A stretch of DNA of 49,437 nucleotides from Candidatus Parvarchaeota archaeon (GTDB lineage: Archaea > Nanobdellota > Nanobdellia > Parvarchaeales > Parvarchaeaceae). The notes beneath the pieces are model-generated. The model did not search any database. It worked only from the letters and a program-made list of their open reading frames with translations, and was not told where the DNA came from. This document shows positions 37,013-45,375 of this stretch, one piece after another (the first letter of the stretch is position 1; every line of letters starts with the position of its first letter). A program made the position numbers and the translations under genes. The stretch covers positions 1-49,437 of the forward strand of contig JAGDXV010000021.1 in the NCBI GenBank assembly GCA_023261805.1, written 5' to 3'.

Positions 37013-37321
37013 TCATGTTTTCTCTATTGTCTTTTGCAATTCTTGCAGTCTCTTCGTGTCTGATTCTATCGATTTGTTTAGGGAGTTCAATCTGAATTCA
37101 AGTATATCCTTTTTATCCTTCAGGCCTTCAAGGATTTCAGATTTCTTTTTCTTAATGAGGACCTGACCAACCAGTTCATAAAGATCATCATTCTCTCCGC
37201 TCTTCTCCACTTCCTCTATCGTTCTTTTTATCTCGTTGAATTGCAGCTGTACCGCCTGTTTTTGAGAAAGTGATGCTTGCATCTGCTGTCTCACCGTTTC
37301 ATATTCTTCTTCATTGTCCAT
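37013..37321 (-). CDS. pfdB: Prefoldin beta subunit
   Basis: Coiled coils flanking 'LYELVGQVLIK'; conserved rpl37ae-rpo12-pcc1-pfdB context. Confidence 0.9.
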   Translation of the reverse strand: MDNEEEYETVRQQMQASLSQKQAVQLQFNEIKRTIEEVEKSGENDDLYELVGQVLIKKKKSEILEGLKDKKDILEFRLNSLNKSIESDTKRLQELQKTIEKT

Positions 37322-37559
37322 AATTATCGATCTCATCAATCATTTTAATACTTAAAAAGATGGTGTTTAGGACGGACCTGATCACAGTGATATCCCTTGC
37401 GTTTATTTTAACGAGTAGATAGTTTCCATCGGCCTTTAGGTTTATCTTTACCCTGTCGTTGTTGTTCAAACCGCCTTCTATCGAATCTATAAGGGCTTTG
37501 GATGGTTTATTTTTCAGCTTTATTTTGAGCTGTGTTTCAAATTCATCTGGCTTTGACAT
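37311..37559 (-). CDS. pcc1: KEOPS complex Pcc1-like subunit
   Basis: 'LLVKINARDITVIRSVLNT' pattern and gene context. Confidence 0.8.
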   Translation of the reverse strand: MSKPDEFETQLKIKLKNKPSKALIDSIEGGLNNNDRVKINLKADGNYLLVKINARDITVIRSVLNTIFLSIKMIDEIDNYGQ

Positions 37560-37683
37560 GATGCCCGCCTTCAGGTCTTTTCTTCATCAGTATCCTTCCA
37601 CCGCAGTAGGGACATCTTACAGTTTCTCTTATCTCATCGAGCTCAACCGTGGCACCACAGTTGTAGCATGTGTACTTCACCAT
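37543..37683 (-). CDS. rpo12: RNA polymerase subunit Rpo12/RpoP (46 aa, not in the ORF track)
   Basis: MVKYTCYNCGATVELDEIRETVRCPYCGGRILMKKRPEGGHHVKAR. Confidence 0.93.
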   Translation of the reverse strand: MVKYTCYNCGATVELDEIRETVRCPYCGGRILMKKRPEGGHHVKAR

Positions 37684-37684
37684 A

Positions 37685-37879
37685 TCAAATCTTCTCAACG
37701 CTCATAGAGTACGCATCGCTGGCCACAACAAGGCCGCATTTCTTGCACTTCCAAAGGCCGCTGCTGATCCTTTTCATTGAAAAAGTCTTGCATCGGGGGC
37801 ATTTGTACCTTTGTGATGACTTCATCCTTATGCTCTCTACCTTTTTTCTCGTCGTCACACCGTACCTTGGAGTGTTCAT
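37685..37879 (-). CDS. rpl37ae: 50S ribosomal protein eL43/L37Ae
   Basis: PRYGVTTRK, CPRC...KRISSGLWKCKKCG. Confidence 0.93.
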   Translation of the reverse strand: MNTPRYGVTTRKKVESIRMKSSQRYKCPRCKTFSMKRISSGLWKCKKCGLVVASDAYSMSVEKI

Positions 37880-37924
37880 AGCAGTATTTTAAGGAATTTA
37901 TTCATATATAAATGATAATCTAAT

Positions 37925-38866
37925 ATGAATTTCAAATTGATTTTACCTGCCTTGGCACTATTACTTTTAGCTATGCCGATCGTACATGCATATCCGTATT
38001 CTAATATAAACATCTCCGCCTCCTTATCCCAGACAGGAAACGTTGTCATCAGTAATGTATCATACAGAATAACTTTCTTCAATCTTACGGGTCAGGCGAG
38101 CATACCCCTTTTTGGTACGGTGAGTTCATTGCATATCTATAATTCAAGCGGTGCGGAGATAGCCTTTGTCAAGACAGTTAGTCCAGAATTCACTTTTGTC
38201 AACATATCAGATGTTTCTCAGGGGAAAACATATCTTCTGACCTTCTTTTCTTCAGAGAGGGTATCAGCAAATGATTCGCTTTATCAGTACTCGTATTCAT
38301 TCGTTCCGCCGACCTTTGTTAGATCGCTGAGCATAATGCTCACACTTCCATTCGGTGCTTATCTTCCCTCCCAGAACGCCAGCTTTCTTTCCCCACCTAT
38401 ATACACAATTTCATCTAATGGAAGGAGCATACAGCTTGTCTGGAGGCTTGAAAATCAGACCTATTTTGATCATGGAAACTTCGTCCTTCCTTTCTCAACC
38501 TCATACATGTTCTATTCACAACCAACAAGCCAGCCTCAGGATCAGTACTTCTTCGTCGGGATAATCGTTTTGGTTGTGGGCGTGTTGATAGTCCTTGTTA
38601 TTTTAGTTATGAGCAGGAAAAGCGTGGCGGCGAAGATAAAGAGGAGAAACACAAAGGCCCAAATAATATCCATACTTACACCTGATGAGAGGAAGGTTCT
38701 TGATATGATCAGAAGAAGAGAGTCGATTTATCAGCACGAATTGCTCGAATTGACGGGCTTCTCGAAGGCGAAGATAAGCAAGATAGTATCGAAGCTCGTG
38801 AATTATAGATTAGTCAAAAAGAAGCAGATGGGTAAGATAAATGAACTGAAGTTCAATAGACCATGA
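37925..38866 (+). CDS. Membrane-anchored protein with an extracellular domain and a cytoplasmic wHTH (one-component regulator-like)
   Basis: Signal peptide, TM helix, then 'LTPDERKVL...YQHELLELTGFSKAKISKIVSKL...GKIN'. Confidence 0.8.
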   Translation: MNFKLILPALALLLLAMPIVHAYPYSNINISASLSQTGNVVISNVSYRITFFNLTGQASIPLFGTVSSLHIYNSSGAEIAFVKTVSPEFTFVNISDVSQGKTYLLTFFSSERVSANDSLYQYSYSFVPPTFVRSLSIMLTLPFGAYLPSQNASFLSPPIYTISSNGRSIQLVWRLENQTYFDHGNFVLPFSTSYMFYSQPTSQPQDQYFFVGIIVLVVGVLIVLVILVMSRKSVAAKIKRRNTKAQIISILTPDERKVLDMIRRRESIYQHELLELTGFSKAKISKIVSKLVNYRLVKKKQMGKINELKFNRP

Positions 38867-39204
38867 AAAACAATAGGAAAGGATATAGGGTTGAGAGGAA
38901 CATCAGGCTTCTTTTCGAGAGATATGGATGGGGTGTTGTCAGGTCGGGTGGAAGTTTGGGTCTCTACGATCTCATAGCCTTCAAAAACAGGAAGGCACTT
39001 TTCATCCAGGTGAAATCAACAAAGAACCGGATTCTTTATTACTATGGGTATACAGGAAAAAGGATGTACGGCTTTCCGTTTGTGCTTGTGGTCGATTTTG
39101 GCAGAGGAAAAAGGATAATAACCTCTCCAAAGAGAAAGGTCAGAATAGAGGACGGGAAAGACCTCCTAGAGTTTTTGAAATCCAGCAGAAACGGTTTCCA
39201 ATAG
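38863..39204 (+). CDS. hjc: Holliday junction resolvase Hjc-like
   Basis: 'KGYRVERNI...GWGVVRSGGS...DLIA...IQVKST'. Confidence 0.8.
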   Translation: MKNNRKGYRVERNIRLLFERYGWGVVRSGGSLGLYDLIAFKNRKALFIQVKSTKNRILYYYGYTGKRMYGFPFVLVVDFGRGKRIITSPKRKVRIEDGKDLLEFLKSSRNGFQ

Positions 39205-39246
39205 TTTCCTGCAAATGCTTTTAATCATACATCAAGATACTTTTCT

Positions 39247-39298
39247 TAAGATGGTTTTGAGTCAATGCTCGGACCCTCAAAACCATTCTTATTTTTTT
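39247..39298. terminator. Inverted repeat plus T-run between convergent hjc and sec61-beta
   Basis: ATGGTTTTGAG (39251-39261) / CTCAAAACCAT (39276-39286), followed by T7 (39292-39298). Confidence 0.45.
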
Positions 39299-39455
39299 AG
39301 AAGAGAGCTCTCAGTACCAAGACGATAGCGACTAGAACTATCCCGGAAACCACAACCATCTTAGGGCTGATCTTTATCTTGCTCTTATATTCAGAGTAAT
39401 ACTGCACCAGACCGCCGAATGACATCGGCATCCTCGTCTGTCCTTTTTTGTTCAT
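39297..39455 (-). CDS. secG: Preprotein translocase Sec61-beta (52 aa, not in the ORF track)
   Basis: MNKKGQTRMPMSFGGLVQYYSEYKSKIKISPKMVVVSGIVLVAIVLVLRALF (GL-YY-E...KI-P + TM). Confidence 0.92.
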   Translation of the reverse strand: MNKKGQTRMPMSFGGLVQYYSEYKSKIKISPKMVVVSGIVLVAIVLVLRALF

Positions 39456-39491
39456 ATCAGAGTAAATGATTTCCCTCCTTTTAAATATTTT

Positions 39492-40013
39492 CTAAAATCT
39501 ATCTAGATGCACAATATCCCCTGCTTTAGGGGGAGATGGTTTGTAAGATTTAGCGGTTTCATCTGAATGTCCGACAGGTATCACCCATCTTACGATGTAA
39601 TTTTTTGGTATGTTCAGCAGCTCCTTCATCTCTTCTTGATTTATATTTGTTATCATAGCACTACCCAAGCCGAGTTCCTGTGCGCGCATTACAAGACTGT
39701 GGGCGGCCAGTGCAGCATTATCGATGCAGATCTCATCCGCATTCTCCTCAAACACGTTTTTGATCTTGGTTTCATCGCAGACTATGACGAATATCACCGG
39801 AGCGGAATCTATGTTTGGAACGAGGCATGTCTTGCTTATCTCCCTTTTTTCTTCGTCATCCATCACGATGATTATTTCATACTCATATATCCCGGTTGGA
39901 TTCGGGGCGTATCTTGCGGAATCTATGAGATCTATTATCGTCTCGTCGCCTAATTTCTCCTCTGAGAACTTGTATGTCACAGACCTGTTCTTCAGAAGAT
40001 CTATGATCGTCAT
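39492..40013 (-). CDS. Nitroreductase-family protein
   Basis: 'LLKNRSVTYKF', 'SARYAP', 'AQELGLGS', 'LLNIP...VIPVGH'. Alternative GTG start at 40049. Confidence 0.88.
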   Translation of the reverse strand: MTIIDLLKNRSVTYKFSEEKLGDETIIDLIDSARYAPNPTGIYEYEIIIVMDDEEKREISKTCLVPNIDSAPVIFVIVCDETKIKNVFEENADEICIDNAALAAHSLVMRAQELGLGSAMITNINQEEMKELLNIPKNYIVRWVIPVGHSDETAKSYKPSPPKAGDIVHLDRF

Positions 40014-40045
40014 AATAGTGATTTCTTCTTTGGATATATATTCTT

Positions 40046-40237
40046 TCACTTGTAGTTTTCTATGATCTCAGCGAGGATCTCTGCCTTTCCGCCGGTTGGT
40101 TTAGCAAGGACCTCCCCGCACACCAAACATTTGACCTCAGTTGAGGCCATCCTGAATATCACTTGTTCATTCTTGCATTTTTTACATCTTACCTTGACAA
40201 ACTTACTTTCTATCGGTTTAAAGGCTATCTCTTCCAT
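40046..40237 (-). CDS. rps27e: 30S ribosomal protein eS27
   Basis: SKFVKVRCKKCKNEQVIF...CLVCG...PTGGKA. Confidence 0.96.
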   Translation of the reverse strand: MEEIAFKPIESKFVKVRCKKCKNEQVIFRMASTEVKCLVCGEVLAKPTGGKAEILAEIIENYK

Positions 40238-40239
40238 TT

Positions 40240-40530
40240 TCACTTTATCTCTACTTTCTTTGCTTTCTTACCTCTGGACTGGGTGGTCATCTTGCCGCAT
40301 TTCTTGCATCTATACCTTATATCGTACCTTTTGGTCGTTTTCACCTTTATCTTCTTATGCTCAAACATCGGGTAGGGGGTACTTCCATATCCATGTTCTA
40401 TGTTCCAGAGCTTCCTCCTGCTTCCCTTTGTGAGGGTCCCCCTATGGCCAGGTTTCACGAGTATTACCTCTTGCTCCGTATGTTCATGACAATACTTACA
40501 ATACCTGTGAACTGTGGATGGTAATTTCAT
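40240..40530 (-). CDS. rpl44e: 50S ribosomal protein eL42/L44e
   Basis: YCKYCHEHT, GYG, KTTKR...RCKKCGK. Confidence 0.95.
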   Translation of the reverse strand: MKLPSTVHRYCKYCHEHTEQEVILVKPGHRGTLTKGSRRKLWNIEHGYGSTPYPMFEHKKIKVKTTKRYDIRYRCKKCGKMTTQSRGKKAKKVEIK

Positions 40531-40642
40531 CTTTATTGATGAACGTTATATACTATTTAACCTTTTCGTTCTCCTGAAATGTGAGATTGATAGACGAAAT
40601 GACAAGAGATAATAAATATTAATTGAAAAAGAATCACATAGA

Positions 40643-40768
40643 GATATGCATAATCATATCGTGCCTGTCCTCCACGGAAGGAGGATCTGTCGCAAATCGG
40701 GGTGTTGAAGCTTGAGCCTCGATCGAAGACTTAGTGTGTTCCGCGCATTTGCTGTTTCAACAGGGCGT
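40643..40768 (+). ncRNA. Candidate structured RNA / 5' leader upstream of the S53 peptidase
   Basis: GC-rich non-coding stretch with several complementary segments (see finding); family not identified. Confidence 0.35.
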
Positions 40769-43132
40769 ATGAAAATACTGATCGCTTTGTTTGCGGTTTT
40801 GTTGTTCTTGGTGTTCGTCCAGCCATCTCACGCGGTTTCCGTGAGGGAGGTCCCTTTTCAGGGATCCGTGTGCCCTTATTTGACACCGCAGCAGATACAG
40901 GGCGCATACGGTTTCACTGACCTTTATTCGCAGGGTTTGACTGGAAGCGGCGAAGCCATCGCGATAATAGATGCTTACAATACCCCAAACATATTGCAGA
41001 ATGTTAATACCTTCGACTCATATTATGGTTTGCCTCAGCTGGTCAACGGTTCAAACTTTTTCGTTTACACGCCTCTCGGTCCGCTCGATCCAGCTAATTC
41101 GAATTGGACCGAAGAAACCACATTGGATGTTGAGATGGCCCACTCATTGGCCCCCGGGGCTAAAATATACCTGGTTCTGGCTCCAAATGACGGGGATTTA
41201 CTACAGGCGGTGAATTACACGATAAACAATCTCCCTGTTCAGATAATTTCAATAAGTTGGGGTTCCCCCGAGTTGGATTACTCTGCCTTTTCGATAAATT
41301 ACTATAATTCAATATTTCAGTCGGCCTATTCGAAGGGAATAAATGTATTCGTTGCCACCGGCGACATGGGAGCATACAACGGTTTCAGTACGCCGAATGT
41401 GAATTTTCCCGCTTCAAGTCCTTATGTCATCTCCGTGGGCGGGACGGTCTTGAGCGTCTCCGGTGATTCATACGCCGGCGAGACGGCATGGAGTGATAGT
41501 GGCGGCGGTTTCAGTGAGTATTTTTCGAGGCCCAGTTTTCAGCCAGACCTCGGATCGTATAGGGAGGTACCGGATGTCGCTTTTAATGCGGGCACCACCG
41601 TCTGTGCCTTCGTAAATGGCTCTTGGAGAGGCTTCATCGGCACGAGCCTCGCTGCCCCCTCCTGGGCAGCATTGGATGCTATACTGGATCAGAAACTTGG
41701 AGGAACAAGCCAGTTGCTTCCCACGCTTTACAATATATACAATAACTATGGAAACCTTGCTTTTCATCAGATAACGAGCGGTTGTAATGGATACTACTGC
41801 GCAAATGGTGGCTACAGTCTTGTGACCGGTCTTGGATCACCCATCGCAAATGCACTGGTCCAGATCCTCTCGAAGTCATCGGATACACTGACATTCTCAT
41901 CCAATGTTCCTGTTAAATTCAATCTGAATGGGGTCAATTACACGACCCCAATATCAATAAATCTTAGTTATGGGCAGAAGGTCACGCTTACAGCGTATAA
42001 TTTCTCCTTTGCAAACACAAAATATTCCTTCTCCTCCTTTTCAGGTCAAATCACTTCGAACAATAACACACTAACATTTTTTGTGAATTCATCGATGAAT
42101 ATAGTCATAGATTATGTAACGGAGTACGCTGTAAGAGAAAAACTGATGAACAGCACGAAGATCTTTTGGGTAGAGAATGGGAGCACAATAGATCTCAATC
42201 TCCCTCTCCAATACAATTCAAGTGGCATCCTCGGTACTCTCCTCGGCTTTTCGATGGATGATGGTCCCTTGATTCATCAGGACCATTTTTCATCTGTGGT
42301 GTACGCACCAATAAATATCTCCGCGGTGTTCGCGATTTATAATTCAACAAAGATAGTTTTCACCGGCGCCCCGTTCGGCGCATCAGCCATGGTCAGATAC
42401 GGAATATATACCCCTCTTTCAGCCAGTATATCTGAAACGGAGAGAACGGTATATAATGGTGATACCATCTACTATGCAGGCAGTGTGATATCGATATTTC
42501 CCCTGCCAACTTATGTCAATAACACAAGATACGTCGCTTATAACTTCACAGGTTATCCCGGAATGGAGAAAGTGATACGATTCTATGCTGAGAAGCCGAG
42601 CGGTCTCACTTTTATATCGTTGGACGGCAAAAAGGTGCTTCCCTCCTCGATCGTATTTCAGGATCCATTGGATCTCTATGTTAACGGGACCATCTGGTCT
42701 GTTCCTTCCTCAACACCGATCATAGAGAAGATGACATACGATGGTTTCAGCCTGCTGAATCACAGCCTTCCTGTCACATCTGGCCAGATCAAACTGAATG
42801 TGTCAACCCTTTCATTGAATGTCAATATTTTTTCAATACCCCTATCAAATGCGGCAGTCATACTGAGGATAGGAAACAGATCCGTCCAAAATCAGACAAA
42901 TTTTCTAGGTCAGGTTTCATTTCAAAATGTTCCGGATACAAGCTATAACCTTTCTATAGATGTTTATGGGAGAAACTATGAATATCCGCACATGAGCGGA
43001 TACGAAAATTCCATAGATGTCTATCCTTTGATATATCAGGTTTACCTGATGGTAGGTGCCATAGGCACGGTCATCCTGGTATTCGTGTTCTTTGAGTCGA
43101 TCAGAAGAAGATATATTAAAGGAAAGGTATAA
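40769..43132 (+). CDS. Membrane-anchored S53 (sedolisin/kumamolisin-like) serine-carboxyl peptidase
   Basis: ExxxD (EETTLD), oxyanion ATGD, PASSPYVISVGGT, GTSLAAP, TGLGSP; signal peptide from ATG 40769; C-terminal TM. Confidence 0.92.
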   Translation: MKILIALFAVLLFLVFVQPSHAVSVREVPFQGSVCPYLTPQQIQGAYGFTDLYSQGLTGSGEAIAIIDAYNTPNILQNVNTFDSYYGLPQLVNGSNFFVYTPLGPLDPANSNWTEETTLDVEMAHSLAPGAKIYLVLAPNDGDLLQAVNYTINNLPVQIISISWGSPELDYSAFSINYYNSIFQSAYSKGINVFVATGDMGAYNGFSTPNVNFPASSPYVISVGGTVLSVSGDSYAGETAWSDSGGGFSEYFSRPSFQPDLGSYREVPDVAFNAGTTVCAFVNGSWRGFIGTSLAAPSWAALDAILDQKLGGTSQLLPTLYNIYNNYGNLAFHQITSGCNGYYCANGGYSLVTGLGSPIANALVQILSKSSDTLTFSSNVPVKFNLNGVNYTTPISINLSYGQKVTLTAYNFSFANTKYSFSSFSGQITSNNNTLTFFVNSSMNIVIDYVTEYAVREKLMNSTKIFWVENGSTIDLNLPLQYNSSGILGTLLGFSMDDGPLIHQDHFSSVVYAPINISAVFAIYNSTKIVFTGAPFGASAMVRYGIYTPLSASISETERTVYNGDTIYYAGSVISIFPLPTYVNNTRYVAYNFTGYPGMEKVIRFYAEKPSGLTFISLDGKKVLPSSIVFQDPLDLYVNGTIWSVPSSTPIIEKMTYDGFSLLNHSLPVTSGQIKLNVSTLSLNVNIFSIPLSNAAVILRIGNRSVQNQTNFLGQVSFQNVPDTSYNLSIDVYGRNYEYPHMSGYENSIDVYPLIYQVYLMVGAIGTVILVFVFFESIRRRYIKGKV

Positions 43133-43140
43133 GATAAGAC

Positions 43141-45375
43141 ATGGAGGCAAGAAATTACACGGTAACGAGGGAAGAGGGGGACATAATCCTAACTCTGAAT
43201 GTCCCTCTGAATGTTCTTTACACGAACCCGGAAGACAATGAGGACATTTTTGAAAGAGTTGTGAATGCACTGATAGAGTCTGGCAATGCCACGTCCTTAG
43301 TGATATCGAGCGATAGAAACTACGTTTACGTGAAGGAGCAAGTTGATCTCTTCAACGGTGTCGCAAACGCCTACAAACAGCTTCTTCAGTCGGATATTGT
43401 CAAACCGTTCAGCCCGGATGCGAGGAGGGACTTTCCATCTGAGGTTTCGATGTTCGATTATATTCTTTATTCGAAGTTCAAGAGGGATCCGATAGGTGCG
43501 TATGTTCTAGGTGTGAGGGCATTGAGGGAAATGCGGGTCAAGGCGGAGAGGATCAAATCACCAGAATTGGAGCAGATAATAAATCAGTTCACAGAGCTGG
43601 TGGATGTCCTTGGAAAATTGGAGATCGTGAAGAGAAGCTACGATTATGTCCTTGGCTATAAAGTTGGAGATAGAGCACCTTACAAGGCGCTTCTTAGGCC
43701 GTTGATCAGGCCGAACTTCACGTACACGCGTATAATGGCTGAAGCACCGGTCTCTGCGGTGGAAATTGAGAGCTATAAGATAAACGATGCGGACGGGAGC
43801 GATGTCACAATATACAAGATACCTGGAGTTTCAAATTACCTGTACCATCTTTTTCCCCCTGAGTTAAGCTTGAATGTCGATGAATACAACCTTCTTGATC
43901 AAGTTAGGGCGGCCTTCATAGACTACAAGCCACAGGAGGCGGAATTCACAAACCCTCTGAGGATGAGGGAGGTCTTCTTCAACATAGGGAGGGATATGCT
44001 TGATGATCTGAATGTTAAGTTCAAATACAATCTTAAGTATCAGGAGATAGAAAAGCTCGCCAGGATCCTGGTCAGACTGACGGTCGGGTTTGGGATGACT
44101 GAGGTTGTTCTTTCCGATGAAAATGTGGAAGATGTGTATGTCAATGCACCTATAGGCTTGTCCACCCTTTTCATAAAGCATTCCAAATACGGTGAATGTT
44201 CATCGAACATCGTACCAAATGCTAAGGAGATAGATGCGTGGGCATCTAGGTTCAGATTGATGTCAGGAAGACCACTGGATGAGGGTCATCCGATCCTGGA
44301 TACGGAACTTGAAACTGAGAATGTCAGGGCAAGGGTAGCGATAGCACAGAGGCCCCTTTCACCAGGCGGGGTTAGCATAGCCTTCAGGAGGCACAGAAGC
44401 GAACCATGGACGATGCCGCTTTTCATAGACAATAAGATGGTCTCCCCTTTTGCCGCGGGCCTGCTTTGGTATCTTGTTGAGGGAGCGAGGACGATACTGA
44501 TAAGTGGAACCAGGGGGGCGGGGAAAACATCTCTTATGAGTGCGATGATGTCCCTCTTGATGAAGAAATACAGGATAATAACCGTTGAGGATACGCTTGA
44601 GCTTCCTATAGATTCATTTATAGGTTTAGGTTACGATATTCTCTCGATGAAAGTACAGAGCGCCATCTTCGGCGAGAAATCCGAACTTTCAGCGGAGGAG
44701 GGGATAAGGACCACCTTGCGTTTGGGCGATAGCGCCCTTGTGATAGGTGAGGTCAGGAGCACGGAGGCGAAGGCCCTCTACGAGGCGATGCGTGTGGGCG
44801 CCCTTTCAAACGTCGTCATGGGGACGATACACAGCGAGAACCCATACGGTGTTTTCGACAGAGTTGTAAACGATCTTGGTGTTCCAGTCACAAGTTTCAA
44901 GGCTACCGACATAATCGTTTCAGCTAACAAGATCAAGAGCATCGACAGGCTCACTGAGAAACGCCGTGTTCTTAACATCACAGAGGTTAGGAAGGACTGG
45001 ACAAAAGATCCACAGTATGAAGGGGGATTTGTTGACCTCGTTAAGTACGACATAGAAAAAGATGAACTGATTCCGACAGGAGATCTCCTTGAGGGCGATA
45101 GTTACGTTGTGAAACAGGTGGCTTCCAATGTGAAGGGATGGGCAGGGAATTGGGACGCTGTCCTTGAAAATATACAAACGAAAGGGGAGATACTCGATGC
45201 GATCGTAAAGTACGCAAAGAAGACCGGAAACAGATCAATTCTTGAGGCGAAATTCACATCGAAAGCGATAGACGCGTACTATGACATAATAGCCAATCTC
45301 AATGCGAAGTATGGCTACGCTGAATCTGGCAGTGTTAAAAGCGCATTCAATCTATGGCTAGAAGCACAAAAGTGA
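43141..45375 (+). CDS. Large type IV pilus / type II-IV secretion ATPase (VirB11-like, N-terminally extended)
   Basis: Walker A GTRGAGKT, 'ITVEDTLEL', 'LRLGDSALVIGEVRSTEA', 'MGTIHS'. Confidence 0.93.
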   Translation: MEARNYTVTREEGDIILTLNVPLNVLYTNPEDNEDIFERVVNALIESGNATSLVISSDRNYVYVKEQVDLFNGVANAYKQLLQSDIVKPFSPDARRDFPSEVSMFDYILYSKFKRDPIGAYVLGVRALREMRVKAERIKSPELEQIINQFTELVDVLGKLEIVKRSYDYVLGYKVGDRAPYKALLRPLIRPNFTYTRIMAEAPVSAVEIESYKINDADGSDVTIYKIPGVSNYLYHLFPPELSLNVDEYNLLDQVRAAFIDYKPQEAEFTNPLRMREVFFNIGRDMLDDLNVKFKYNLKYQEIEKLARILVRLTVGFGMTEVVLSDENVEDVYVNAPIGLSTLFIKHSKYGECSSNIVPNAKEIDAWASRFRLMSGRPLDEGHPILDTELETENVRARVAIAQRPLSPGGVSIAFRRHRSEPWTMPLFIDNKMVSPFAAGLLWYLVEGARTILISGTRGAGKTSLMSAMMSLLMKKYRIITVEDTLELPIDSFIGLGYDILSMKVQSAIFGEKSELSAEEGIRTTLRLGDSALVIGEVRSTEAKALYEAMRVGALSNVVMGTIHSENPYGVFDRVVNDLGVPVTSFKATDIIVSANKIKSIDRLTEKRRVLNITEVRKDWTKDPQYEGGFVDLVKYDIEKDELIPTGDLLEGDSYVVKQVASNVKGWAGNWDAVLENIQTKGEILDAIVKYAKKTGNRSILEAKFTSKAIDAYYDIIANLNAKYGYAESGSVKSAFNLWLEAQK

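Noticed and set aside
40643..40768. Assignment as 5S rRNA, SRP RNA or RNase P RNA
   Set aside because: Conserved signatures (5S loop C CGAAC, SRP helix 8 internal loops, RNase P CR-I/CR-V) are not convincingly present. Kept only as an unassigned candidate.
40712..40768. TTG-initiated extension of the S53 peptidase
   Set aside because: A clean signal peptide starts at ATG 40769.
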